From: a virus
Length of the DNA: 64,000 nucleotides
Strand: one strand, 5' to 3'
UHGV virus genome: UHGV-1519562
Positions 31,688 to 41,678 of the stretch are shown here, piece by piece (position 1 is the first letter of the stretch; each line of letters opens with the position of its first letter). Below the pieces are notes generated by a model. It was not told the origin of the DNA. It ran no database searches and saw only the letters and a list, made by a program, of their open reading frames with translations. Both the position numbers and the translations under genes were made by a program.

Positions 31688-32245
31688 TTACTCGTCTTTC
31701 TTTACAATCTTTTTATAAGTAGGATTAGAGCGACGCTTAGTTGTCTCTATCTGCTGACCAGGAACGACAGTCTTTCCATCTTCTGTTTCAACAGAAGCAT
31801 TAATAATCGCTTTGTCAACATCAAATTTTAACTGTTCTTTTAAAGCTTCTCTTTTATCCGCAGCATTAAGAGGAACCTCAACTGCGTACTTCTTGATTAA
31901 ACTAATGATTCCTTCAGGAGCAAAATCAAGAGCATCCTTGAACTCATTAAGAGAGCAAGAGTTAATCCACTTAGGAATATCGCTTTCCTTTAACCAATAT
32001 TCAGGTTGTTCTTTAATATTTAAAGCACTTTCTAAAGCTTCTGCATTTTGAACAAATAAATAATTATAAATTAATTCTCTACCTCCAGGTTGCTGTGCTA
32101 AAGCAAGAAGCTCACCATAAGGAATTTTTTTAGTTTCTTTGCGGTTAAACTCTCTGCTTACATGCATGTCTGGAACAGAATAAATCACAATACCATTACT
32201 ACGATTTGTTACCTGTAAAATAGTATCTTTATTAAAATTTTCCAT
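31688..32245 (-). CDS. hypothetical head-associated protein
   Basis: 185 aa, first gene after the capsid-gene terminator. Confidence 0.35.
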   Translation of the reverse strand: MENFNKDTILQVTNRSNGIVIYSVPDMHVSREFNRKETKKIPYGELLALAQQPGGRELIYNYLFVQNAEALESALNIKEQPEYWLKESDIPKWINSCSLNEFKDALDFAPEGIISLIKKYAVEVPLNAADKREALKEQLKFDVDKAIINASVETEDGKTVVPGQQIETTKRRSNPTYKKIVKKDE

Positions 32246-32276
32246 TATAAATTCTCCTTTTTCTCAAAAAAATAAA

Positions 32277-32304
32277 GGGAAGAAGGGAAAATCCCCTTCT
32301 CCCC
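32277..32304 (-). terminator. hairpin plus U-tract after the capsid gene
   Basis: Minus strand: gggagaagggg atttt ccccttcttccc then tttatttttttgagaaaaaggag ATG. Confidence 0.45.
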
Positions 32305-32336
32305 TATTATTATTATATCTTATTTTTCAGAAATAA

Positions 32337-33374
32337 TCAAGGTAGATCAACCTTATTATCAAGTTTACCAGCAAGAGTGGTATCAACATAGGAGCAAATG
32401 TTATTAGTCAACATAACACCCACGCCAACCTTACGATAAACCTGGATATCACGAGACCAATCTTCATTCTCGCGCTCACGAACATGAGTAACACCCTCAA
32501 AAGCAATCTTGACAGGACGGCTATCTGCACCTGCAGGAATCACCCAAGCATAACCAGGATCAATGACCTTACGGCTATTGGTTTCATCCTCAAAAGACTG
32601 AGGAAGAACAATAACTTGGCAACCCTTGTAATTACCAAGATAACCTTGGCTCCACATCTCATCACGCATATTATCAGAAACCCAACCAGTAGCAGGGATC
32701 ATTTTAACGGCGAACTCATAAGTACAATAAATAGTAGGCTTACCATAAGCAGAAGCAGTCTGAATCAAATGATCCATACCAACCTCATTAAAACCATTAG
32801 TCTGAACAGTATTGGCTTGAGGCAACTGAGAAATAGAACCCATTAGAGCTGCGGCAATCTCACGATAAATCAGCTCATCCATACCTTCCATAATAATATT
32901 GGTTAGCTCTGCAAAATCAGCACGACCATCTAAAAATTCCTCAAAACCGATCTGAGCAGCTCCGCCGATAGCACTTGTCTGAACTTCAAAGCTCTCTTGG
33001 CCAAGCTTAAAGACTTCATACACGCCAGCTAGACCAACACGAGTGACGAACTGCTTAGCTCTCATGGTACCCATCTTACGAGTAAAGACAGGACGATCGC
33101 CCTGTTTAAAAGTCTTAGACTCAGCAAATTGACCATAGCGCTCTAAAACACGAACAGGAAGAACTTCATTCATAGTCTCTTCTAATAAAGAGAAAATTAA
33201 ATTCTTATTTTCACGATATAAAGAATAAGTACCAGCAAGAGCATTTAGCTCATCACGCAAAGTATTATTCATTTCTTCATAAGTCATAGAAACTTTTTGA
33301 AAACTATAAGTCTTTGAAGGCTCACTCTTAGCAACAGCCTTCATTAAAGCTAAAAGATCATTCTTCTGTAACAT
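32337..33374 (-). CDS. major capsid protein
   Basis: 345 aa, highest GC and codon bias of the late operon; follows portal/scaffold genes and is followed by a terminator. Confidence 0.65.
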   Translation of the reverse strand: MLQKNDLLALMKAVAKSEPSKTYSFQKVSMTYEEMNNTLRDELNALAGTYSLYRENKNLIFSLLEETMNEVLPVRVLERYGQFAESKTFKQGDRPVFTRKMGTMRAKQFVTRVGLAGVYEVFKLGQESFEVQTSAIGGAAQIGFEEFLDGRADFAELTNIIMEGMDELIYREIAAALMGSISQLPQANTVQTNGFNEVGMDHLIQTASAYGKPTIYCTYEFAVKMIPATGWVSDNMRDEMWSQGYLGNYKGCQVIVLPQSFEDETNSRKVIDPGYAWVIPAGADSRPVKIAFEGVTHVRERENEDWSRDIQVYRKVGVGVMLTNNICSYVDTTLAGKLDNKVDLP

Positions 33375-33392
33375 TTACACTTTCTCCTTTCA

Positions 33393-34055
33393 TCAAGCAA
33401 TACGCTGTAATTTAACTGCGGGCTGATTATCAGCTAAAGTATAAACCTTAACAACAATCCACTTCATATCGCCAGCACCGGCAGAAGCAGCAGAAGCCTT
33501 ATTCAAAAAGCCCTTCTCGTTAGGAGCTAATTCATCGCCCTCTCGTAGGCTAGTTTCATCAACACCATTGGTAGTATAAATATCGCCGACATTAGTCTTG
33601 ATGACACGAGGAACCATAGTAGTGCCATCAGCCATATTCTGAGGATAACTTAACTTAGGAATATCCCAAGTAAAGCCCTCGCTGGAACCCTCACGGAAAG
33701 CAGCCTTACTATAATCCATCACATGTTCTAAATCAGAATTACTCTGACCAACAGGACTATAAACACGAGCATTATAATTCTGCTTAATCATAGCAAAATC
33801 TTCATAAGTCTCACGGTCTCTGTAAGTCTTAACTTCATTAAAGACCATCATCCACTCGCCCTTACCAGTGAAATTAACTTCTTTATTCACATAGTCATAC
33901 TTCACAAACTGGCCATTTTCCAAAACTTCAATATCACTCTTAGCGGGAAGCTGTGCGTAAATCTGACCAGTGCGCTGAGCAGATAAATGGTTAGGCTCAA
34001 CCTGGCTATAACCACGCTTAACAAACTGAGCACCGCTTAATCTTTTAATTGCCAT
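33393..34055 (-). CDS. capsid-associated protein (decoration or second capsid component?)
   Basis: 220 aa, GC-rich codon usage, between scaffold-like gene and capsid gene. Confidence 0.35.
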   Translation of the reverse strand: MAIKRLSGAQFVKRGYSQVEPNHLSAQRTGQIYAQLPAKSDIEVLENGQFVKYDYVNKEVNFTGKGEWMMVFNEVKTYRDRETYEDFAMIKQNYNARVYSPVGQSNSDLEHVMDYSKAAFREGSSEGFTWDIPKLSYPQNMADGTTMVPRVIKTNVGDIYTTNGVDETSLREGDELAPNEKGFLNKASAASAGAGDMKWIVVKVYTLADNQPAVKLQRIA

Positions 34056-34072
34056 TTGTTATATCCTCCTTA

Positions 34073-35371
34073 TTACATTCCTTTTACAGCTTTCACCCAA
34101 TCAGGTAAAGCATTAGTACCTTCCTGCTTAGCAATATTATTTAAATTAAAGCTAGTAGGAGCAGAATCATCTTTTTTAGAAGCATTATCAGGATCTAAAT
34201 CAAAATTAACTTTCTTGCGGAAAGCAATAACAGATAACTTAGATTCAATATCTTCTAAACTATATTTATCAATATTTTCAGAAACATCTTTCTTATCTTC
34301 GTCAGAAAGCATAAAGAATTTACTAATAATATCTTCCTTACTCTTTCTGTCAGCTTTAAGCTTAAAATCTCTTAAAGGCTCAATTTCAGCAGTTAAATCC
34401 TCATTTGTTTTCTTTAAAACTGCAAAATCTGTAGCAAGATTATCATATTTAGCTTTTAGCTCAATATATTCTGTAATTTCAGATAAGTTATATTCCTTCT
34501 TCTTCTTATCCTCATTTTCATCCTTATTTTCTTGCTCAGAATTGTCCTCAGACTTTTGATTTTTCTTAGAATCATCAGGTTCATTAGTAGTTTTATTCTG
34601 ATCCTGGTTCTTCTCAGGCTCTTCATTCTCTTTATTTTTAGCATAAGAGTTATCAGGTTCAACAATCTGATTCTCAGGCTCATTATTTAAATTCTTGTTC
34701 TCAGCCATTTGATTTGCCAGACCTCCTTTTATATTATCAAGTAATGTATATATATTTTGTCGTAATTGCGTAATTTGACCTAAAGCAAACTCTGACATTA
34801 TTTGAGCGCCTTCAAAACAAGGTTCAAAATTTTCACCTAAAATACAGAGTTTATCAATTACCGCTTCATTGATAATAAAGAATCTCTCATTAAAATTGTT
34901 ACTTCCTGTCCAAGAACCTTGAACTTTTCCTAATTCCATAGATTGATTATTACCTTTCTCTATAATTCTTTGACTTTCTGGATAAATACCTGTCCAAATT
35001 TGTCCTTCAGTCATTAAATATTCTCTAATTACTCCATCAGCATCTTGAAATTTTTGAAACCAAACCTTAGCTTGTGAGTCAATATAACCATAAGGCTTAG
35101 TCATATCAATTAAAGCAAAAGTACCATTATCATTAATTTGAATATCTCGATTATGCTCTTCAAAATCCTGAGAGTCAAAATTATAATATCCAACAATAGG
35201 CGAACCAGGTAATTTACTACCCATTTTCCAAGCTACTTCTTTAGATATGCTAGTATGATTGCGGTTATCGCCCACATATAATACTTTTATTTGACAATAA
35301 GAAACATTAGGATTATCTTCTCGAATATTAATAAGCTCGACTGAATTTTCTATTGGTATACTTGTATACAT
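34073..35371 (-). CDS. scaffolding protein (N-terminal globular domain plus acidic coiled-coil C-terminus)
   Basis: 432 aa; C-terminal half very acidic and Lys/Glu-rich; directly downstream of portal gene. Confidence 0.45.
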   Translation of the reverse strand: MYTSIPIENSVELINIREDNPNVSYCQIKVLYVGDNRNHTSISKEVAWKMGSKLPGSPIVGYYNFDSQDFEEHNRDIQINDNGTFALIDMTKPYGYIDSQAKVWFQKFQDADGVIREYLMTEGQIWTGIYPESQRIIEKGNNQSMELGKVQGSWTGSNNFNERFFIINEAVIDKLCILGENFEPCFEGAQIMSEFALGQITQLRQNIYTLLDNIKGGLANQMAENKNLNNEPENQIVEPDNSYAKNKENEEPEKNQDQNKTTNEPDDSKKNQKSEDNSEQENKDENEDKKKKEYNLSEITEYIELKAKYDNLATDFAVLKKTNEDLTAEIEPLRDFKLKADRKSKEDIISKFFMLSDEDKKDVSENIDKYSLEDIESKLSVIAFRKKVNFDLDPDNASKKDDSAPTSFNLNNIAKQEGTNALPDWVKAVKGM

Positions 35372-35386
35372 ATTATTTTTTCCTCC

Positions 35387-37015
35387 TTAATTCATAGCTG
35401 CTCTATTGGCTATTGTTTTATCACTTTTCTGTTCATCTGCTTTTTCAGGTCTGCCAGCTCCAGTTTCTTGCTGTTGTTGTATTTTAGCCTGAGCATTATT
35501 ATTATTATTATCTTTATTATTATTATTAAGGTTTTTACTACTCATAGTAGAACTCATCATAGGAGGAATCATAATATCAGAAAGCTTCAATATATCATTC
35601 TCAAACTGAATAGAAGCTAAAATACTTGATTGAGAATGCCCCAAAGCAATTTGCGGTAACATTTTTGAATAACCAATTTGAGTTTGTTCTTTATACATTT
35701 TAGACAAATCTTTATAATTATAAATAGTTGTCTCTAAAATACAAACTTTAAAATTATAAGAATTTTTATTAAACTTTTTAATAATTCTATTTAAAAGATT
35801 TTGATATTGATAAATCAAATCTCTCATTACTGCTTCATCATTAGCTATTGATTTTTCCAAAGATAAATTACCATCTGTATTAAATAGATTTTGAGAAACA
35901 CCCAAATTATTATAAACAGTACGTTCAACTTTTTCTAAATCATCAGTTTTAGTTGTACTATTAGAATCTTGCATATCTGCAACATCAATATCAGCAAAAG
36001 TAGTAAGAACATCCACTCCCACTGCCCGACGAAGCATCGCAACCGCATTATTATGTATATCTTTTGCTTCATCAACGTCAAAAATTAAATCACCATTTTT
36101 ATCTAATGGTAATTTTTGAATAACAATTTTTAATAATTGCTGCATAGTTTTTTTTCTATCTAATTCTTGCGCCTGATCTAAATCTATAATTGAAGGAATT
36201 GCTCCTACCAACATAGGAAAATCATTATCGCCTAAATTAAATTTTACAGTACAATCTGGGTCTAACATTGCCCAACCCATTGAATCTCCAGGATAGTCAC
36301 CTTTAAGTCTATTTTCTTCATAATCTACATAAGCTTTTTGAATTTCTTTAGGAAACATTTTTAAAACTTTTATTCTATATTGCGGATCAGTAAAATAAAC
36401 ATTAAAAAAACTCATATGTAATTCAACAACAGGATCAATACCTCTATTAAATCTACTGCGGCAATACTTTGCGGGCAACTGTTGTATACTAAATTTATCA
36501 TTAAATTCTAAAATATAACCATAGTAAGAACCACATTTAATTACTTCTAATGCAATATTTCCAAAAAGACGTTTAATATCAGAATTATCTAAATAATCCA
36601 AAGCTTTCATAAAATCATTTAATACTTTTTTTGATTCTTTAGCTCGATTATTATTAACAAAAGAAGTAGTAACAAACCAATCATATTTATACAATAGAGC
36701 TAAATATTTACACATTCTTTGATAAATACCACTAGCCTCATAAAAGTATTTAGAAACTTCTCTTAAAGTTTCGTAATCATGTTTATCAATAGCATTAAGA
36801 ATAAAAGCCTTATCGCCATAATTGCGGTTTACTTTTCTATAAATACCTAAATTCATTACCGCATCATCTAAAGTTTTTAAGCCTACTCGAATTTTTGAAA
36901 AATCTTCTGGTACGCTATCTTTTCCAAATTGAGCTTCATATTCTGATTTAGTAATAGGATTTCCATGTAGCATATTAAAACCTTTATTTTTAATTTCTAC
37001 TTGTCTATCTCGCAT
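35387..37015 (-). CDS. portal protein
   Basis: 542 aa, downstream of terminase, Asn/Gln-rich acidic C-terminus. Confidence 0.6.
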   Translation of the reverse strand: MRDRQVEIKNKGFNMLHGNPITKSEYEAQFGKDSVPEDFSKIRVGLKTLDDAVMNLGIYRKVNRNYGDKAFILNAIDKHDYETLREVSKYFYEASGIYQRMCKYLALLYKYDWFVTTSFVNNNRAKESKKVLNDFMKALDYLDNSDIKRLFGNIALEVIKCGSYYGYILEFNDKFSIQQLPAKYCRSRFNRGIDPVVELHMSFFNVYFTDPQYRIKVLKMFPKEIQKAYVDYEENRLKGDYPGDSMGWAMLDPDCTVKFNLGDNDFPMLVGAIPSIIDLDQAQELDRKKTMQQLLKIVIQKLPLDKNGDLIFDVDEAKDIHNNAVAMLRRAVGVDVLTTFADIDVADMQDSNSTTKTDDLEKVERTVYNNLGVSQNLFNTDGNLSLEKSIANDEAVMRDLIYQYQNLLNRIIKKFNKNSYNFKVCILETTIYNYKDLSKMYKEQTQIGYSKMLPQIALGHSQSSILASIQFENDILKLSDIMIPPMMSSTMSSKNLNNNNKDNNNNNAQAKIQQQQETGAGRPEKADEQKSDKTIANRAAMN

Positions 37016-37033
37016 TTAATAATTCACCTCCTA

Positions 37034-37390
37034 TTAATATCCAGCTTTTTTCATAATATAATCATAACTGATTAAATTTTCTTCGGTATAGGGAATTTCT
37101 ATCAAATTTATATTTTTTAATGCACAAAATCTACGTTTTTGTTTATCATTATAATTCTGTTGATGTAATCCTCTACTACCACCAAATTTACTAACTGGCA
37201 TATAATGCTGTTTTCCTTGATATTCAATTAAAAAATCCAAATTATCATCATCATCAAAAACAGCAAAATCAAATCTAAGAGGTCTTCCATTTGAACTTGC
37301 TAAACCAGGAAACTCATATTCTTCTTTAAAATTAAGATTATTATTTCTTAAAATTTCTTCAATTTTAATTTCTGCTCTTGAAGCCCTCAT
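37034..37390 (-). CDS. small restriction-endonuclease-fold (DUF559/Vsr-like) protein, possible free-standing homing endonuclease
   Basis: 118 aa; RFDFAV ... FLIEYQGKQH resembles the D...ExK nuclease core; inserted between terL and portal. Confidence 0.4.
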   Translation of the reverse strand: MRASRAEIKIEEILRNNNLNFKEEYEFPGLASSNGRPLRFDFAVFDDDDNLDFLIEYQGKQHYMPVSKFGGSRGLHQQNYNDKQKRRFCALKNINLIEIPYTEENLISYDYIMKKAGY

Positions 37391-37434
37391 TGTTTCACCA
37401 CCTTTTAAATTTATGAACTAAGAGTTTTTTACTC

Positions 37435-38892
37435 TTAGTTCATAAACATCAAATCTGCTACCTTAAAATGTTTGCGTTTACGTCTATTATCTTCCTCTTG
37501 TTTAATGTAGTATAAACCATATTCTAAAGAAGATACTTTATCTTTTCTAATTTTTCTATTTACTTGTTTGAGAATAATATTAACACCTTCGTTTTCTTCT
37601 CGAAGGTTAGTTAGCTCTTCTTTAAGTATGGAAGTTAGACTAAATGGAATAACATATTTTGACCTTTCTTGTGGAGTCATACCTTGGCCCAATTTAGTTT
37701 CCATTAATTTCATCATTGCTTCACGTTCATCAAGTAAAAATTTTACTTTACCAGCATTTAACTGTGTTTGCAAATTAGCATGAGCTTCAGTATTAATTGT
37801 AGCATTTGCTTTAATTAAATACATTGCTTCATCTTCTGTATCATCAGTTCTAAATTTTTTATAATAATTTTCTTCATCATTATAAACACCAAAAGGTGGA
37901 TAATATTCACCTGTTTTATCATCTTCTTGAACTTTTATCATATAATCAATAAGCCCAATACCCAAACCATTCGCATCTATCACCAAGCGTTTTGCTTTAT
38001 ATTTATAATATAATTTTTTCAACATAATAGCTTGATTTTCAAAATGTTCATCTTCCATAGTTACTATATTAACTAATGATTTAATGGATGGGCCTTGTGG
38101 TTGCGGGATAACCTTTAAAATGCAGGCAACTGTATCGCAACCTTTACGTCCAACGTCCACAGAAACTACATAATAAGAAGAAGCAGACGATCTTCCAGAA
38201 TATTCATATTCTGGCTTTTGAATTTTTCTATTTCTATCAAAAACTTCACTATTAAAGAAAGCATCTTCGACTGTTCCACTCCAGATCGACTCATACTCTC
38301 GACCAAAAGAAGCTTCATTAAAAGTAGGGTCACGTTTCAAATTAATTAAGAAATCAGAATCTAATAATCCAACTAATACAGGTATACGCCAAGAACCACC
38401 CATAACAATGCTTTGTCCTGGATCAACTACCATACGAACTAATAAAGTAATAAGTTTTTCGTAGGGAAATGTATTCTTCCAACCTGCCGTTGTAACGTAT
38501 ATCTGTGACTTATTTAAAGATTCTTCAGGGTGGACAGAACCATCCATGCATCTACGTGAAACGTTCATTGTAGGGATTATCACTTCATTTAATATAGTTC
38601 CATCTACACCAACGCATTCCTCAACTAGTCCACCATGCCTACGTTTACCACGTGAACTTTCTTTAGCCGCTACAATATCAAAATAACTACCACTTTTAAA
38701 TTTATATATACAATAATCTTTACTAATTTGAGTTTGTCCTCTTCCCCAATCAATTTCTTTTTTAAAGGCTGGTACAAGTTTGCATATTTCTTCTACCTTT
38801 TCTTTCACAATTGTAGCTGCCTGCTCTTTACCGCCAGAAGTAACAAACAATTTTGCACCAGGATAAAGTACACAACGACACATCAAAACCAA
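37435..38892 (-). CDS. terL: terminase large subunit, exon 2 (rest of ATPase plus nuclease domain)
   Basis: 485 aa ORF that begins inside the ATPase domain (no Walker A); true exon start is probably about 38900-38910, after an intron ending in G. Confidence 0.7.
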   Translation of the reverse strand: MVLMCRCVLYPGAKLFVTSGGKEQAATIVKEKVEEICKLVPAFKKEIDWGRGQTQISKDYCIYKFKSGSYFDIVAAKESSRGKRRHGGLVEECVGVDGTILNEVIIPTMNVSRRCMDGSVHPEESLNKSQIYVTTAGWKNTFPYEKLITLLVRMVVDPGQSIVMGGSWRIPVLVGLLDSDFLINLKRDPTFNEASFGREYESIWSGTVEDAFFNSEVFDRNRKIQKPEYEYSGRSSASSYYVVSVDVGRKGCDTVACILKVIPQPQGPSIKSLVNIVTMEDEHFENQAIMLKKLYYKYKAKRLVIDANGLGIGLIDYMIKVQEDDKTGEYYPPFGVYNDEENYYKKFRTDDTEDEAMYLIKANATINTEAHANLQTQLNAGKVKFLLDEREAMMKLMETKLGQGMTPQERSKYVIPFSLTSILKEELTNLREENEGVNIILKQVNRKIRKDKVSSLEYGLYYIKQEEDNRRKRKHFKVADLMFMN

Positions 38893-40095
38893 AATTGAAA
38901 GGAAAGATTTACTGTCTTTTTATTCATATAAATTCGCAAAATTTATATCGTTTCATCGTAAAACTGCTTATAGTTTCCTATAAGAATAGACTATATCACA
39001 TTTTATTATAAAAATAAAATCTTCTCTTTTCGATTTAAAGGATTTTCACCTACTCCATATGCTTGAGCCCTACTCCTATTACTTCTATTTTTATTCCTCG
39101 GAAGCTTATTTCAGGATAGTCGTTAAAGATTTATAAATTTTAAGCATAATGAAAAATAAAATTACCAGTTGTTTTTAATTTTCCTTTACAGCATTTTATA
39201 ATACTGCTACTATCTAATCCAAGCTGTCTACCTGCTTCACGACTAGAAGGATAAGTAGCAATAAAATTATTATCTAAATCATATTGTGAAACTGGTTTAA
39301 TATTAGAATTTAATTTTTGTTCATAATAAGCTTTTTGAACATTATCACTTATTGAAATTTTTCTTAAATTATTTAAACAATTATTATGTTTATTGCCATC
39401 TATATGATCTATCACAAAATTTTTATCAATATTTATCTCATTATTAAAAGAACAAAATACCAATTTATGAACTAACCAATCAGAAGTTTCTCCATTTTTA
39501 CTTAATCTTACTTTATGATAGCCAGAAGTTTCAGAAGGTGATAAAATATTATTATTTGTAATATTCCATACTCTTCCATAATTAGATACTTTATAATTAG
39601 AATTATTTATAGTTTCAATCCATATTTCTCCTTCTAAATCTCCATTATATTTTTGTATTTTTTTATTTTTAGAATTTTTTTTAATTGTACTATGAAAATG
39701 TTCCATATTTTCACTATAAGAAACCCATTCTAAATTATCTACGTTATTATTAAGTTTATTTCCATCCTTATGATTAACAACAGGTAAATTATCAAAATTA
39801 TCAATAAAATATTCAGCTACTAACCTATGAGCATAAAACATTTTTTTTGTATTTTCTTTAGATAATCTATAATATTTATAACCATTTTTACCAATAGAAC
39901 CATCTAACATTTTCTTTGTTTTTATATTAAAAACATCTCCATTATCATAAATATAATAATTATCATAATTTTTAATTTTTTTTCTCATTATACTTCTCCT
40001 TTATATTTACTCTGGATTTTCATGTCCATAATTATGAATTTAGAATTCCCACAATTAGAGAAGTTTGTCCAAAATTTTCCACAAACTAAGAAAAT
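38893..40095 (-). mobile_element. group I intron interrupting terL at the Walker A region, carrying an HNH homing endonuclease ORF; boundaries approximate
   Basis: terL split into two ORFs flanking a free-standing HNH gene; R-like (cgACTATcc, plus 39115-39124) and S-like (gATATAGTC, plus 38990-38998) P7 core elements downstream of the endonuclease ORF. Confidence 0.6.
39140..39988 (-). CDS. HNH homing endonuclease (NUMOD4 / HNH_3 / C-terminal helix-turn-helix)
   Basis: 282 aa; duplicated YKVSNYGRVWN-type modules, VNHKDGNKLNNNVDNLEWV and IDHIDGNKHNNCLNNLR HNH motifs; own RBS. Confidence 0.85.
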   Translation of the reverse strand: MRKKIKNYDNYYIYDNGDVFNIKTKKMLDGSIGKNGYKYYRLSKENTKKMFYAHRLVAEYFIDNFDNLPVVNHKDGNKLNNNVDNLEWVSYSENMEHFHSTIKKNSKNKKIQKYNGDLEGEIWIETINNSNYKVSNYGRVWNITNNNILSPSETSGYHKVRLSKNGETSDWLVHKLVFCSFNNEINIDKNFVIDHIDGNKHNNCLNNLRKISISDNVQKAYYEQKLNSNIKPVSQYDLDNNFIATYPSSREAGRQLGLDSSSIIKCCKGKLKTTGNFIFHYA

Positions 40096-40377
40096 TTATT
40101 GGCGCCAACTCGACGCTCGAGGAAAGGTCATGTATACATATTTGTAACGCATCGCAGCCCTAAGGAAGACACGCTGATAGTAGTAAAATTCTAGCTGTTT
40201 TTTACGAGAACTATCTCCTCCGTCCTGTAAAAAATCCACAAATAAATCTGGATATTCTCGCCAAAAAGAAACATATTGACGAGCAACAGGCAAGATAGCT
40301 CTTATTCTCTCTTCTGAAATACCTATTTTCTTTCTATTATTAGATAATTCTAATAATTGTTGTAATGCCATTATCAT
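40096..40377 (-). CDS. terL: terminase large subunit, exon 1 (N-terminus up to Walker A)
   Basis: 93 aa ending ...YYYQRVFLRAAMRYKYVYMTFPRASS.., the typical terL N-terminus just before the P-loop; ORF stop lies inside the intron. Confidence 0.6.
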   Translation of the reverse strand: MIMALQQLLELSNNRKKIGISEERIRAILPVARQYVSFWREYPDLFVDFLQDGGDSSRKKQLEFYYYQRVFLRAAMRYKYVYMTFPRASSWRQ

Positions 40378-41678
40378 TCTCCTCTCTCAAGAGAAGCATA
40401 GAAAGCATCATCCTCTTCTTGCTGTTTTTGTTCCATTTTCTTAAATTCTAAATAATCTTCATCTTTAATAGGTTCAGCTTCATCTTTGAATAATTGTTTT
40501 TCAAAAGTTTCTTCTGAATCTACTTCATCTGTATTTGCTAATGCTTCTCTTTCTTTATCTCTTTGAATTTCTTTCATAGAAGCTTCAATCATATTACCCA
40601 AATTAGTTTCTTCCAAAACTAAACGTCTTGTATAATTTTGAATATCTTCTAATGTTCTATCAACTTTATCTTTTGGCTGATCTACATAATACTTAGGAAT
40701 AAAACCATCTTTTTCACAAATACTAACTAACTCACCGATTGAATCAATAAATTCTCCATCTGCTTCTTTATTCTGAGCAGCAGTAAAACGACCACTCTTC
40801 ATAAGTGAATCATATACTTTAGATATTTTTTGAAATCCTTCAACATCATTAACATCAATAAGTTGATTAGCTTTCAAAGATGCTTTGCAAATCATAATAA
40901 GAGTATCTTTATGACCAGCACTTTGAATATCATAAGAAGCCATCATATCTTCATACAACTGTTCCATTTTAATCCATTCTTCTGGTCGATAACCTCTACC
41001 CCATTTTAATCGCAAATAAGTTTTATCTTCCTCAGTAAGTTTATCAGAAAAGTCATCTTCTTCTTCAGGAAAATCAGAAGAAGAAACATCAGTACCTTTA
41101 GAATCTAAAATTCGTGTAAGATCCGGTTTATCTGGTCGATGATCTACTTTAAGTTCTTTTTCAATCTCTTCTCCTGATAAACCCGCAGCTTGCATTATTT
41201 TAATTTTTTCTTGCCGATTTTCTTCTTGAAGTTTTTCTGTATCTTTCCAATGACAATTTTTCCATTGCTTCATCCTCATTTTAGAAAGATAACGCCCAAG
41301 AATAGTAGTACCTGTAAGTTTTTTAGGGTCTGCACTATATTTTTCTAATACTTTATTCCATTCATCTTCAACATATGGTACATCAATTTCTTCTAAAATC
41401 CACTTGAAAGTTTCTGGATCCCAGTTATCTACATGCATGGTGAGACATTTTTTGCACTGTCTCATCACACCGCCATTAGGATATTTTTCAAGATTTTTAG
41501 ACAAATAAAATTGATTAACTGACATAGTGCGACCACATTTTTCGCAATAAGCTGTTTCTCCCGCCATAATTTTAACCTCTTTTCTTGTTTCTACAACATT
41601 TACATATACTGTACCAACCATCTTTACTTGTTTTATTTTTTGAAAAGAAATCATTATGAGCTGGTTTAAGTTGACCAC
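40374..41678 (-). CDS. zinc-ribbon protein upstream of terL (terminase small subunit candidate by position); likely true start is ATG near 41566
   Basis: CEKCGRT...CKKC zinc ribbon, acidic C-terminus; start overlaps terL exon 1. Confidence 0.35.
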   Translation of the reverse strand: MVNLNQLIMISFQKIKQVKMVGTVYVNVVETRKEVKIMAGETAYCEKCGRTMSVNQFYLSKNLEKYPNGGVMRQCKKCLTMHVDNWDPETFKWILEEIDVPYVEDEWNKVLEKYSADPKKLTGTTILGRYLSKMRMKQWKNCHWKDTEKLQEENRQEKIKIMQAAGLSGEEIEKELKVDHRPDKPDLTRILDSKGTDVSSSDFPEEEDDFSDKLTEEDKTYLRLKWGRGYRPEEWIKMEQLYEDMMASYDIQSAGHKDTLIMICKASLKANQLIDVNDVEGFQKISKVYDSLMKSGRFTAAQNKEADGEFIDSIGELVSICEKDGFIPKYYVDQPKDKVDRTLEDIQNYTRRLVLEETNLGNMIEASMKEIQRDKEREALANTDEVDSEETFEKQLFKDEAEPIKDEDYLEFKKMEQKQQEEDDAFYASLERGE

